Source of the DNA: an uncultured Chloroflexia bacterium
GTDB lineage: Bacteria > Chloroflexota > Limnocylindria > Limnocylindrales > CSP1-4
Assembly: GCA_963749735.1 (NCBI GenBank)
Contig: CAVVNZ010000003.1
Coordinates: 96,300 to 160,299, forward strand
Reading direction: 5' to 3'
DNA length: 64,000 nucleotides
The stretch's first letter is position 1; each line of letters opens with the position of its first letter. Shown piece after piece: positions 28,518 to 39,392 of this stretch. The position numbers and the translations under genes are program-made. The notes below the pieces were generated by a model, which saw only the letters and a list, made by a program, of their open reading frames with translations, searched no databases and was not told where the DNA came from.

Positions 28518-29348
28518 TCAGGCGTGGGCGGCGCTTGTGTGGGCATGGCGCTGGCCGGCCGGGAGCACCCCGACCACGACCATGGCGACCTCGATCAGTC
28601 CGACGATCAGGAACACGCCGAGGACGACCGGGTCGGCGGCCGTGCCCGCCGCGGCCTGCCGCACGAACAGCCCGACGATCCCGAGGATGATCAGGATCGT
28701 GAACGTCAGCGCGGCCAGCGACAGGGCCGGACCGCGATGGTCGCGTCGGAACAGGAGCACGCCGGCGAGCCCGGTGACCGGCAGCGAGAAGGCCAGGTCG
28801 AGGCCATACACCGGGCTGGTCGGCAGACCGAGCACGGTGACGCTCGCGGGCAGGACCCCGCTGGTGATCGCCCCGGCGATCTGGCCGAGCCACAGCGCCG
28901 CGAAGGCGAGCGCGCTGGCGATGAGGATCGCGGCGGTCGATCGGCGCGGCAGCCGCTCACCGACGTCGAGGTCGAACCCGTCCTCGACGAACGCGATGAT
29001 CGCCAGGAGCAGGGACCACGTGGCGAGCCCGAGGATCGCGATGTAGACCGGCGTGAGCGGGTTGATCGTGACCGAGAACGAGAAGATCGCGTAGGTGTAC
29101 GCCAGGTAGCCGACGACGCCGAGCGCGACGAACCGCCCGCCCGCCCAGCCGCTCCGCTCGAGCCACAAGCCCAGCAGCAGCGCGGGGACGCCGACCGCGA
29201 GGGTCGCCAGATCGGTCGGCTGGGCCTGGTCGACCATCGCCGGCACGTCGCGGTAGATGCCGGTCAGTAGCCCCGTCGCGGCTGCGAACGCGGCGAGCGC
29301 GGCGGCGCCGAGCGCGAATCGGTCACTGAGCTGGATCCTGCCACGCAT
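28518..29348 (-). CDS. Hypothetical polytopic membrane protein (276 aa), paralog of the gene at 61823-62656
   Basis: ATG at 29348 with a GGGAGGG Shine-Dalgarno. A shared block with the second copy reads DLATLAVGVPALLLGLWL...YLAYTYAIFSFSVTINPLTPVYIAILGLATWSLLLA. The upstream part of the track ORF is off-frame noise. Confidence 0.7.
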   Translation of the reverse strand: MRGRIQLSDRFALGAAALAAFAAATGLLTGIYRDVPAMVDQAQPTDLATLAVGVPALLLGLWLERSGWAGGRFVALGVVGYLAYTYAIFSFSVTINPLTPVYIAILGLATWSLLLAIIAFVEDGFDLDVGERLPRRSTAAILIASALAFAALWLGQIAGAITSGVLPASVTVLGLPTSPVYGLDLAFSLPVTGLAGVLLFRRDHRGPALSLAALTFTILIILGIVGLFVRQAAAGTAADPVVLGVFLIVGLIEVAMVVVGVLPAGQRHAHTSAAHA

Positions 29349-29686
29349 GGCGGCCCTCCCATCGTCCGGTGCTGTCCGTCCCGTATCACGGGCCACGTCC
29401 AGTAGGCCGCAGGAAGGTCTGCGAATCCGAGTGCCATCCGTCACGATGCCGTCGGGCCGTTCGAAAGGTGCCGGCGGTCGGCGGGATCCCCGGGTCAGCG
29501 ACCCCAGGTGCGTTCGTCGGAGACGGCGGACCGGGCGACCCGGGCCGAGGCAGGGGCGGCGAACGATGCCAGGCCCGCGACGGTCGCGCCGGTGCGGATC
29601 GACCGGAGCCGCCGGACGGCGACGTCGCGTTCGCGTGGTCGGAGGGGTGACGGATCGCTCATGCGCGCAGTCTCCCGGGGCGCGCC

Positions 29687-30931
29687 TTGCGATCCGATGA
29701 CGGGGTCGCCGCCGAACGGCGGCTCCGCTACCGTGACATCGTGCGACGGATCGACACCGGAGAGCGACGTGCGCGACTGGGACGCAGGCATCACCTCGCG
29801 CCGGGTTCGCACGCGGCCGGCATCGTCGAGGCGGCGGGCGACCTGGTCGGCCTCCACGGCACCGATCCGGCCTCGGTCTATCTCGGGGCGCGGGCCCGGA
29901 TCGCGCCCGGTGCGCCGGAGGGTCGCCCGGAGGCGTTCGGGCGCGCCCTGTACGACGACCGGAGCGTCGTCCGCCTCCTCGGGATGCGCCGCACGATGTT
30001 CGTCGAGCCACTCGACCTCGCCCCGGTCATCCACGCCGCGAGCGGACGGGCGAACGCGGCCCAGCAGCACCGCAACACCATCCAGATGCTCGCCAGGGCG
30101 GGCATCGCCGACGATCCGGAGGCCTGGCTGACGGAGACAAAGGACGCGGCACTGGCCGCCCTCATCCGGCTCGGCGAGGCCACCGCGACCGAGTTGACGG
30201 CGGAGGTCCCGCGACTCCGCGAGCAGATCCCCGTGGGCGAAGGCAAGAGGTGGCAGGGCACGATCGGCGTCTCGACGCGCGTCCTGTTCCTGCTCGCCGC
30301 GGAGGGGCGGATCGTCCGGGGACGCCCGCGCGGGACCTGGATCAGCAGCCAGTACCGCTGGGCACCGATGGACGCCTGGCTCCCGGGAGGCCTGGTCGAG
30401 CTGCCGACCGAGGCCGCCCGTGTCGAGCTCATCCGCCGCTGGCTGCGGGCGTTCGGTCCGGGCACCGAGGCCGACATCAAGTGGTGGACGGGTTGGACGC
30501 TCGGGGTGACGCGCCGGGCCGTCGCCGAGCTGGGGGCCGTCGAGGTCGCGCTCGACGAGGGCGTCGGGCTCGTCCTGCCCGACGACGACGGTCCCGAGGG
30601 CGAGGCGCCCGATCCGTGGGTCGCGCTGCTGCCGGCCCTGGATACGACGACCATGGGTTGGGCGTCGCGCGACTGGTACCTCGCGCCGCACCGTCCGGCG
30701 CTGTTCGACACGAACGGGAACGCCGGTCCGACGGTCTGGTCGGACGGCCGGGTCGTCGGCGGCTGGCTGCAGCGATCCGACGGCGAGGTCATCGTCCGCC
30801 TGCTCGAAGACGTCGGGTCGGAGGCCACGGCGGCGATCGACCTCGAGGCCGCCCGGCTGGCCGAGTGGCTCGGGCCGACCCGGATCACCCCGCGGTTCCG
30901 GACGCCGCTCGAGCAGGAGCTCAGCCGGTGA
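29687..30931 (+). CDS. Winged-helix DNA-binding domain protein (AlkZ/YcaQ-like putative DNA glycosylase family)
   Basis: Intact 414-aa ORF with a family-typical length and motifs. Confidence 0.7.
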   Translation: MRSDDGVAAERRLRYRDIVRRIDTGERRARLGRRHHLAPGSHAAGIVEAAGDLVGLHGTDPASVYLGARARIAPGAPEGRPEAFGRALYDDRSVVRLLGMRRTMFVEPLDLAPVIHAASGRANAAQQHRNTIQMLARAGIADDPEAWLTETKDAALAALIRLGEATATELTAEVPRLREQIPVGEGKRWQGTIGVSTRVLFLLAAEGRIVRGRPRGTWISSQYRWAPMDAWLPGGLVELPTEAARVELIRRWLRAFGPGTEADIKWWTGWTLGVTRRAVAELGAVEVALDEGVGLVLPDDDGPEGEAPDPWVALLPALDTTTMGWASRDWYLAPHRPALFDTNGNAGPTVWSDGRVVGGWLQRSDGEVIVRLLEDVGSEATAAIDLEAARLAEWLGPTRITPRFRTPLEQELSR

Positions 30932-30980
30932 GCGCACCTCGATCGACGACGGCCGGCGCCGCCGCGCCCGGCGGGCCGCG

Positions 30981-32001
30981 ATGAACCGCTACCTCGTCCG
31001 GAGCAGCGACGCGAGCACGTTCTTCGAGAGCTTCCTCGTGGCCGCCGTGTCGTCGTTCCTGGCCATCCGCTTCTTCCTGGCGGTGACCGGCTATCCGCAG
31101 CTCGGCGGCAACGGGCTGCACATCGCGCACATGCTGTGGGGCGGGCTGCTGATGCTCGTCGGCATCCTCCTGCTGATCAGCTACCTGGATCGCGGGGTCC
31201 ATCACATCGCGGCGGTGATCGGCGGGATCGGCTTCGGGATCTTCATCGACGAGATCGGCAAGTTCCTGACCTCGGACAACGACTACTTCTTCCAGCCTGC
31301 CGTCGCGCTCATCTACGTCCTGTTCATCGTCTTGTTCCTCGTGGTCCGGACCCTCGTCGGGCGTCACGGCCTGACGCCGACCGAGTCGCTGGCCAACGCG
31401 CTCGATCTCGTCCAGAGCACGATCGGCCGGGCGATCGAGCCGGACGACCGGACGCGGATCCGGAGGCTGCTCGACGCGGCGGACCCCGAGTCGCCGCTCG
31501 TCCGCGACCTCGGCCGCTACCTCGACGGGCTGCCCCGGATACCCGAGGTCCAGTCTCCGATCGAGCGGATCGTAAGCCGGCTCGGCCACGTGTATCGGCG
31601 CCTGGTCGAGAACGACTGGTTCGAGCGCGGGCTGGTGGCGTTCGTGATCGCCTACACCGTGGCGGCGATCGTCGGAGTGCTAGCGGTGACCTTCGCGATC
31701 GGCGAGCGCGAGACCTCGACGGTCGTCATCGCCCAGGCGGTCTCGACGGGGATCGGGGTCGCGCTGATCCTGCGGGGTGGTCGCCCTCCGGACGTCACGC
31801 GTCGAGGCCTACCACTGGTTCATGCGCGGGCTGCTCGTCTGGATCCTGGTCAGCCAGGTCTTCGTGTTCTACAGCTCGCAGCTGGCGGGGCTGACCGGCC
31901 TGGCGATCGACCTGGCGGCCTACGGCACGCTTCGCTTCGCCATCCGGCACGAGGGCGAAGGCGACGAGGAGGGGGAGGTCCCGGCGCCGGCCGGACGCTG
32001 A
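30981..32001 (+). CDS. Hypothetical integral membrane protein, frame disruption near 31790
   Basis: Track ORF 30981..32114 is hydrophobic up to about 31790. It continues in ORF 31777..32001 (…LVWILVSQVFVFYSSQLAGL…). Confidence 0.5.
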
Positions 32002-32026
32002 GAGGCCCTGGCGGGCTCGGGTCGGG

Positions 32027-33742
32027 TCAGTGGACGCGGAAGGTGTGGGAGCTCGTCTTGGACGCGACGACGTGGCCGTCGGTCGCGCTGAGGATCCGGA
32101 CCTTGACCGTATAGACCCCGAGGCGACGCGTCGACGACACGTGGAAGACCGGCGTGACCGAGATCGTCGCGCCGGTCCCGAACGTCCTGGCCGCGTAGGT
32201 CTTGCGGAAGGCGAGGTGGCCGGCCGGATCCCACACGTCTACGCTCACCTTGCCCCGCGTGGCCGCGGATGCCTTGGCGCGCGCCGTGATCCGGACGTCG
32301 TGGTTCCGGGTCAGGCTGGTCGGACTCACCGAGGCGCTGAGGGTCCAGGTCGCCGCGGTCGAACCGCCTCCCCCACCACCACCGCCTCCGCCGCCTCCGC
32401 CGCTCCCGGGGTCGAGGGTGAGGGAGCCCGCGGTGTAGTACGCGGCCGCCTGCTCGTGGAAGTAGCCGCCGTCATCGTCGGCATCGAGCGACGCGCGGGT
32501 GTTCCCATTGATGGCGGGCGGGTTGGTCGTCCCGTCGTTCTGGCCGTCGCAGGCGCAGGTCGTGCCGTCGGCGCCGCCGCCGAACATCAGCCCGATCACC
32601 CCGGCATCGCGCCAGATCGCCAGGTGCGTCCCGCCCGGATCGTCGAGGAACCATTGGACCCGGTTGTCCTGGTAGTGACCCCAGGTGTTGTCCTGCGCGC
32701 GCATCTTCGTGTTCCCGAGCGGGATCTGCCAGACGACGACCCGCTGTCCCGCGCCGGCCACATACCCGGCCACGAACCGGGCGTACCGGACGAAGTCGGC
32801 GTCGTCCCAGCGGGACGCGCCGCCGTCGCCGTAGACGATCTCCTTGAAGCTGGCGTCCCGGTCGGCGATGTCGGTGAACGTCACGTCGAAGTGGGCGCCG
32901 AGCGACTGATAGAACGCCGCCGCGCGGGCGGCGAGTGCGTCGACCGCCGCATCCGAGCTGTTCGAGTAGCTGATGTCCGTGTTCGTGCCCCAGACCGACA
33001 GGTGGTAGGCGAGGATCACGTTCGGGGCGAGCTGATCGCGGAGCTTGACCACGGCCTGGGCGAACCCGGCGGCCGTGTTCGGCAGACCGGTCAGCGACGC
33101 ATCGCCCGAGCTCGCGACCGAGGCCGGGATGGTGGTGGCGTCGTCGCTCGTCCCACTGGCCTGCTCGATGTAGCCCCACAGGTCGGGTTCGAGGTGCAGG
33201 ACGACGGGTGTCGCCCCGGCGGCCCTCGTAAAGAACAGCCGCAGATCGTTGTAATACGCTGCCATGGTGGTGTGGTTGGCCAGGTTGGACAGGTCCTTGG
33301 CCGATTCGGTCGAACCGGTGGCCGGGTTCGACTGGAGCAACATGTAGTACGGGAAGACCGGCGTGACCTGGTTCGCCGCGGAGTCGGCGACGTAGTACGT
33401 CACGAACTGGCCGTTCGTATTCCAGGTGGACCACCCGCTGCCGGTGTTCACCCCGCCGGCGAGGTATTGGTAGCGGAAGCCGAAGGCCGCCGAGGCGTGG
33501 AGCGCGGCGGCGCCGCCCGGGGCGTCGGCCAGCCCGAGCTCGAAGTGACTCGACGGCCAGGTCGCCGGCATCGCCGGGAGCGCGGCGAGCGCCCTGGGCT
33601 TCGGGGCATCGATCGTGCTCCCACGAACCGACGGCGCGCCGAACACCAGTGCGGCCGTCGGCGTCAACAGCCAGGCGCCGATCGCGACAGCGATCAGGGC
33701 GACCAGAAGGCGACGGCTCGAGTGGAGGGTCGTGGGCAACAT
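32027..33742 (-). CDS. Secreted protein, probable glycoside hydrolase-like catalytic domain plus a Gly13 linker and a C-terminal beta-sandwich domain
   Basis: ATG at 33742 begins the signal MLPTTLHSSRRLLVALIAVAIGAWLL. The linker GGGGGGGGGGGGG is encoded by a GGN-codon repeat (minus strand) at 32377-32415. The C-terminal ~110 aa are beta-rich. Confidence 0.7.
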   Translation of the reverse strand: MLPTTLHSSRRLLVALIAVAIGAWLLTPTAALVFGAPSVRGSTIDAPKPRALAALPAMPATWPSSHFELGLADAPGGAAALHASAAFGFRYQYLAGGVNTGSGWSTWNTNGQFVTYYVADSAANQVTPVFPYYMLLQSNPATGSTESAKDLSNLANHTTMAAYYNDLRLFFTRAAGATPVVLHLEPDLWGYIEQASGTSDDATTIPASVASSGDASLTGLPNTAAGFAQAVVKLRDQLAPNVILAYHLSVWGTNTDISYSNSSDAAVDALAARAAAFYQSLGAHFDVTFTDIADRDASFKEIVYGDGGASRWDDADFVRYARFVAGYVAGAGQRVVVWQIPLGNTKMRAQDNTWGHYQDNRVQWFLDDPGGTHLAIWRDAGVIGLMFGGGADGTTCACDGQNDGTTNPPAINGNTRASLDADDDGGYFHEQAAAYYTAGSLTLDPGSGGGGGGGGGGGGGSTAATWTLSASVSPTSLTRNHDVRITARAKASAATRGKVSVDVWDPAGHLAFRKTYAARTFGTGATISVTPVFHVSSTRRLGVYTVKVRILSATDGHVVASKTSSHTFRVH

Positions 33743-33831
33743 CGGTGTGCCCCCGATCGTCCCCCGCCCCGCCCGCCGAGTCACTCCCTCGCTCGTCCGG
33801 CGAGCGACCGTACCTTGGTCGGTGCCCGGCG

Positions 33832-36800
33832 TCACCGTCGCCGGCGACGCCCTCGCTTGTGGCTCCGGCGGTTGCGCCGAGGGCGGCGCGGGTACGCTGG
33901 GCGTGCCAGGCCAGCCCGAACTCGTCGAACCGAGCCGCGGCCGCCTCGATCAGGTCGTCATCCCCCCGGGCGATGCCGAGGGCGCGCCAGCCGAACGGCT
34001 CGACCAGGGTGGTCGGCACCAGGAGCGCCGGCGCCTCGGCCTCGACCGTCGCCATCTCCCCGAGGGCGAGCAGGATGTCGAGCCGGGCGGTCGTGGTCGT
34101 GATCCGGTAGTAGTTCTTGGTCGGCGGCGGGATCGTCGTCGGGATGAGGCGACGGGCGGCGTCGAGGTCGCCCCGCCGGAGTGCGAGCCGTGCTCGGATC
34201 GGGTCGAACACCGCTTCGTAGCCCTCCATCGCCAGCGCCTCGGCCACGCCTTCCAGCCGCCGGGACTCCTCGTCGTATCCGAGCTCGGCGGCGGCCAGCG
34301 CACAGGCCAGCAGGGAACGCTGGTTGCGCACGCAGGGGGTCGCCAGGTTGTCGACGACCGCCCGTTCGGTCCGCTCGGCGAGCGACAGGAGGTCCGCCCA
34401 CTCGCCGCACAGCTCGGCCAGCTCGACGAGCATCGCCACGGCGTGGAGCCGGTGGTGCGGCGAGAGCTGGATCGCGACCTCGTCGTGGAGCCGGGCGAAC
34501 CGCCGCGCCTCGGGCAGCATCCCCAGCGCCACGTTGCCGGTGATCGCCGCGCCGTACAGGTCCTCGAGATGATCGAGGTCGTGGATCCGGTCGGCGAGGC
34601 TCGTCCGCCGCTCCCACCATCCGTGCGCGGCGACATCGTCGCCGGAGGCGAAAGCGCTCAGGGCGCAGGCATCGAACGAGTACGACAGCAGGGCCGGGTC
34701 GTCGAGCCGCTCGGCGATGGCGATCGCCTCCTCCGGTGCGTCGCCGGCATCGAGGGGATGCCAGTCGGCCGAGGCGATCAGCGCGACGGCCCGGGCGCGC
34801 GAGCCCGACTCGGCGAGGGCGAGCGCCTGCTCGATCCAGCCGTCGACGAGCTCGCGGCTCGGCATCCGCTTCCAGATCGCCCAACGGAACGCGGTCTCGA
34901 AGGCGAGCTCGGCGTAGATCGCCCCGCGCGCCGCATCCGACGACGCGGTCGCGATGGCCTGCTCCATCGCCGTCCAGAAGCCGACCCCGTCGTAGCGCAG
35001 GACGTTCGCCCGACCGATCGCCAGCCAGATCGCCGACCGTTCCTCGATCGTCGGCTCGAGGGTCAGCGCCCGCTCGAGGAGCTTCACAGCCTCGTCGATG
35101 GCGTATCGCGCGACGGCGAGCTGGGCGGCCCGGACCGACCAGTCCCTGGCCTTTCGGCGGAGGGCGGTGAGGCGCTCCGGCTCGCTCGCCCAGGCGAGAT
35201 CGACGTCCTCCGGTCGGACCGCCTCGGCGTAGTGATGGGCGAGCGTGGCCGCGTGCTCGTCGCGCCCGTCGCCGTCATGCTCGACGCGCTCCGCATAGGC
35301 GGCGTGGAGCCGGGTCCGCCGCGTCGTCGGCAGGCTGTCATAGGCCACATCCCGGGTGAGGGCGTGCTTGAAGGCGTACCCCCCGGCCGCCCCGTCGGTC
35401 GGGCGAGAGACACGGCGGATGAAGTCCCGGCTCCGCAACGTCACGAAGTCCGGCTCGGCACCGCCCAGCAGCTCGACGATCGCCTCGGGTTCGAACCGGC
35501 GGCCGATCGACGGCCCCGGCCTGGAGCGCCGTCTTGTCGAGCGGGGCGAGCAGATCGAGCCTTGCGGCGAGGAGCGCCCTGGACCGAGTCGGGGACGGCC
35601 AACGAGCCTGCCGTCTCGTCGAGCCGCCACACCCTCGGCCCCGTGGGTCAGGACCCCGCGCTCCGTCAGGGTCACGATGAGCTCCTCCAGGAAGAAGGGG
35701 TTCCCCTCCGCCCGGTCGACGACGAGATCGCCCAGGACCGGCGGTGCCGGACCATCGAGGAGCGCCGCGACCATAGCGTCGGCCTCGGCGCTCGACAGCG
35801 GATCGAGCCAGATCGTGGCGGCGCGACGGTGGGTCGCGACCCAGCCGGGGCGACTCCGGGCGATCTCCGGTCGGGCCGTCGTCAGGACGAGGAGCGGTCC
35901 GTCGACCTCACGTCCGATCCGCTCGAGCAGGTCGAGGAGCGGCGGCTCGGCCCAGTGGATGTCCTCGACGAGGAGGATCGACGGGCGTTCGGCGACGACC
36001 TCGTCGAGCAGCGCGACCCAGGCGTCGTGCAGACGGGTCTGCGCGGCCATCGGGTGGAGGTCGCCGGCCGTGTCGAGACCCATGGTCAGCCCGAGGATCG
36101 TCCGGGTCGCCGAGCAGCTCGAGCACCCGCTCCGGGGGGTCTGACTCCGGATCCCGAGCTGCCCGCGAAGGACCTCGGCGAGCGGCCAGTAGGTGATCCC
36201 CTGGCCGTACGCGGGACAGCGGCCGATCCGGACGATCGGTGGCGGCGTGCCGCCGCGAACCGACCCGAGCCAGCGCCGGACGAGGGTCGACTTGCCGACC
36301 CGGGATCACCGACGACGCGTGATGGTCCGCGGCTCGGCTTCGTCGACGGCCCGCCGGAATGCGCCGTCGAGGGCAGCCAGCTCGTCCCCGCGGCCGACGA
36401 AGGTCCGGCCACGCCGGCGGGGTCGGGTGTCGGTCGACTCGGTCGGATGCAGGCGCGTCGCTCCGTTCTCCCCTCGCGAAGGTGAACGTCCCGCGGACCG
36501 ACGCCAGCGCCCGCGGTCCGACGAGGATCTCCCCGGGTGCGGCGGCGCGAGCCAATGCGGCGGCCGCGTCGACCGCGGCACCGGCGATCGTAGGCCCGTC
36601 GGCGGGATCCGCCGCGGCGATCACCTCGCCGGCCTCGATGCCCACCCCGACCGCCGGCTCGTCGCCGCCGGGATCCGCCGGCCCGACGGCGGATCGCGAG
36701 GGCCGCCCTGAGCGCGCGATCGGCGTGGTCCTCCTGGGCGCTCGGCGACCCGAATGCCGCCATGACCGTCCCGTCGGCCAGTCCCGATGACGCGGGCCCT

Positions 36801-37737
36801 GCTCGGACGTACCTCCGCCGCGATGTCGGCGAGGAAGCGCCGCTGGAGATCGTGGCGGCGTTCAGGATCGGTCGACGCGAGGCGGGTCGCCGCGAGGGCG
36901 GCGAACAGGACCGTGACGAGCTTGAGCTCGGGACGCCGCCGGAGGCTCCGGTCCGTCCTCCAGGGAGCCCGACCCGGTCCGGCGCATCGAGGCTCGGCTC
37001 CTGGCGCAGGATCGCCTGCTCAAGGTGCTGGAGCTCGGGGCTCGGCTCGAGACCCAGCTCGTCGACCAGCGTCGTCCGCAGGTCCTGGTACGCGCGCAGC
37101 GCGTCGGCCTGGCGACCGGCCCGATACAGGGCGAGCATCAGCTGTGCATGGGGTCGCTCGTGGAGCGGCTCGGCGGCGATGAGCGCCTCGATGTCGCCGA
37201 TCAGCGCAGCATGCTGCCCGAGGGCCATCTCGGCGCTCGATCCGGTCCCCGATGACCGCCAGCCTCGCCTCCTCGAGCCGGGCGATCGCCGCGGGGGCGA
37301 AGGGCTCGCGGGCGAGGTCGGCCAGTGGGGCGCCGGTCGACAGCGCCTCGGCAGCGCGGAGGAGCCTGGCCGCGCCGGCTGGGTCGCCGCCGTTGAGCGC
37401 CCGTCGGCCACGCCCCGCGAGACGGTCGAATCGCGTGAGGTCGAGCTCGTCGGGCTCGACCCGAAGGAGGTAGCCGCCGGGGCGGGTGAGCAGTCGGGGC
37501 TCGCGCTCCCACGGCTCCATGACGCGGCGGAGGCCCGAGACGTAGACCTCCAGCGCGTGCTCGGCCGTCGCCGGCGGCGACTCGCCCCAGAGCGAGTCGA
37601 CGAGCCGGTCGATCGAGACGAGCTCGTTGGCATGGAGGAGCAGGACGGCGAGCATCGCACGTTGCTTGCCGCGCTGGAGCGGCAGCTCCGTGTCGCCGTC
37701 GCGGATCGCGAGCGGTCCAAGGACCCTGAACTCCATC
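33832..37737 (-). CDS. Giant multidomain regulator: SARP (OmpR/PhoB-type winged helix plus BTAD), class III nucleotide cyclase domain, AAA (STAND-like) ATPase, and TPR-like helical C-terminus; several frame disruptions
   Basis: ATG at 37737 with a GGAGG Shine-Dalgarno. The SARP DNA-binding domain reads MEFRVLGPLAIRDGDTELPLQRGKQRAMLAVLLL...LWGE. The BTAD reads AEMALGQHAALIGDIEAL...ELQHLEQAILRQEP. The cyclase is RRPELKLVTVLFA (another frame), DGTVMAAFGSPSAQEDHADRALRAALAI, and GIEAGEVIAAADPADGPTIAGAAVDAAAALARAAAPGEILVGP. The ATPase is FVGRGDELAAL, Walker A VVGDPG(V)GKSTLV after a 1-nt correction, and LLVEDIHWAEPP...GNPFFLEEL. No in-frame stop or start separates the domains. The C-terminal end is approximate. 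Confidence 0.6.
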
Positions 37738-37868
37738 CCTTGAGGGACCTCCGGCGGGAAGGTAGCACCTGTCCGTTGAGCCGTCATTGAGCATTCGTTG
37801 AGCCGCCCCCGATGTAGTGGCCGGGGGGCGACGCTCGCTCGTCCCGAGGATGGACAGGAGGCACAGCG

Positions 37869-39167
37869 ATGTTCAGGCCCAAGCTCCGCGCCGCGCCGTT
37901 GCTCCTGGGACTCGGCATGGCCGTCCAGCTCGCGACGGGGGTCGCCCCGGTCGCGGCTCACGCGCCGGTCTCGGCTGCAGGCGGCCCTCGACTGGAACCT
38001 CATCGCCGTCACGACCGTGCGCAGCGTGGCCCCGGCGAAGTTCCAGACCGAGGGGCATGATCTACATGTCGTACACGCAGGCGGCGGTCTACGACGCGGT
38101 GACCAAGATCGACGGCCGCTACCAGCCCTACCACCACTTCCACGCGCCTGTCAGCACGCGCCACGCGTCGTCGACGGCGGCGACCGCAGCGGCGGCCTAC
38201 ACGACCCTCGCCTACTACTTCCCGGCGCAGGCCGCGACCCTGACGACCACGTACGACGGTTACATCGCCGGGCTGCCGACCGCGGGCCGGGCGGCCGGAG
38301 TCGCCATCGGAACCGCGGCGGCCTGGGATGTCATCCACCTCCGGATGACCGACGGACGTGACGCGCCGACCGCCGTCTACGGCCTGGACCGTTGGCCCCG
38401 GGCTCGTGGCAGGTCGTCCCGCCGGCGACCTCGGCCCAGACCCCGTGGGTCGCGTTCATGAAGCCGTTCATGCTCAAGCGCTCGTCGCAGTTCCGAGCGG
38501 CCCTGCCGCCGGCGCTGTCGAGCGGGGCGTGGGCCCGCGAGTTCCAGGAGACCAAGGACTTCGGGTCGGCGACGAGCTCGGTCCGGACCCCGGACGAGAC
38601 GGCGATCGCGTACTTCTGGAACGCGAACGTCATCAACCAGTACAACCAGGCCTTCCGCGACCTCGCCGAAAAGAAGGGCTTCGACCTGGTCCAGGCCGCT
38701 CGCCTGCTGGCGATGGGCGATCTCGTCGGCACCGACGCCCTGATCGCCTGCTTCGACACCAAATACCACGACCTGTTCTGGCGGCCGTACACGGCCATCC
38801 GGAACGCCGACATCGACGGCAACGCCGCGACGACCGCCGACCCGACCTGGACGCCGTTGCTGGCGACGCCGAACCATCCCGAGTACGCGGCCGCCGACGG
38901 CTGCATCACCGGCGCCGAGGCCGAGGTCTTCGCGGCGGTCCTCCACACCCGTCACGTCGACCTCGACATCCCGGGCGCGACGCTCGGCGGCACCACGCTG
39001 ACCACGTCCCGCCACTTCGCCACAACGGGCGCGCTCGTGCGCGAGATCGTCAACGCCCGGGTCTGGGCCGGCCTGCACTATCGCGGCTCGGGCCTCGCCG
39101 GGGTCAGATCGGGCGCCAAGTGGCGCATTGGACCCTCGATCGGTTCTTCGCCCCGACGCACGGCTGA
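37869..39167 (+). CDS. Secreted PAP2-superfamily / vanadium-dependent haloperoxidase-like protein, frameshifted across three frames
   Basis: ATG at 37869 has a GGAGG Shine-Dalgarno and a signal peptide. The motifs are WRPYTAIR, NHPEY, the GAEAE region, and WAGLHYRGS (PAP2 motif 3). The C-terminus reads ...HWTLDRFFAPTHG with stop at 39165-39167. Confidence 0.65.
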
Positions 39168-39392
39168 CACGCCGACGATCGGGCCAGGGTCCGACGGCCG
39201 TTTGCCTGGGGGCACGGCCGTCGGACCACGTCCGGGGCCCCCGGGCGATCGGTGGGCCGGGCATGGGCCGGCCGGTCCGCCTCGGACTCCACGTCCCTCG
39301 CCGGCCCGGCTACCATGGGCAGCGCGAACATGGGCGACCGGCCCGTGTCCGTCGGACGAGCCGACCTCGGACGGGATGGAGACGACAGCGCG

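Noticed and set aside
32377-32415. Purine-rich simple-sequence repeat (plus strand GGAGGCGG-like; GGN codons on the minus strand)
   Set aside because: It encodes the in-frame Gly13 inter-domain linker of the secreted protein 32027-33742 and is not a mobile-element or slippage artefact.
32472-33830. Lower part of the 1203-aa minus-strand ORF
   Set aside because: It overlaps the well-supported secreted-protein gene 32027-33742 in another frame and translates to Arg/Gly-rich low-complexity sequence. The real regulator ends near 33832.
36762-37790. 342-aa plus-strand ORF and several other >100-aa ORFs in the 36-38 kb region
   Set aside because: They are antisense to the SARP/BTAD/cyclase coding sequence and have low-complexity translations without domain signatures.
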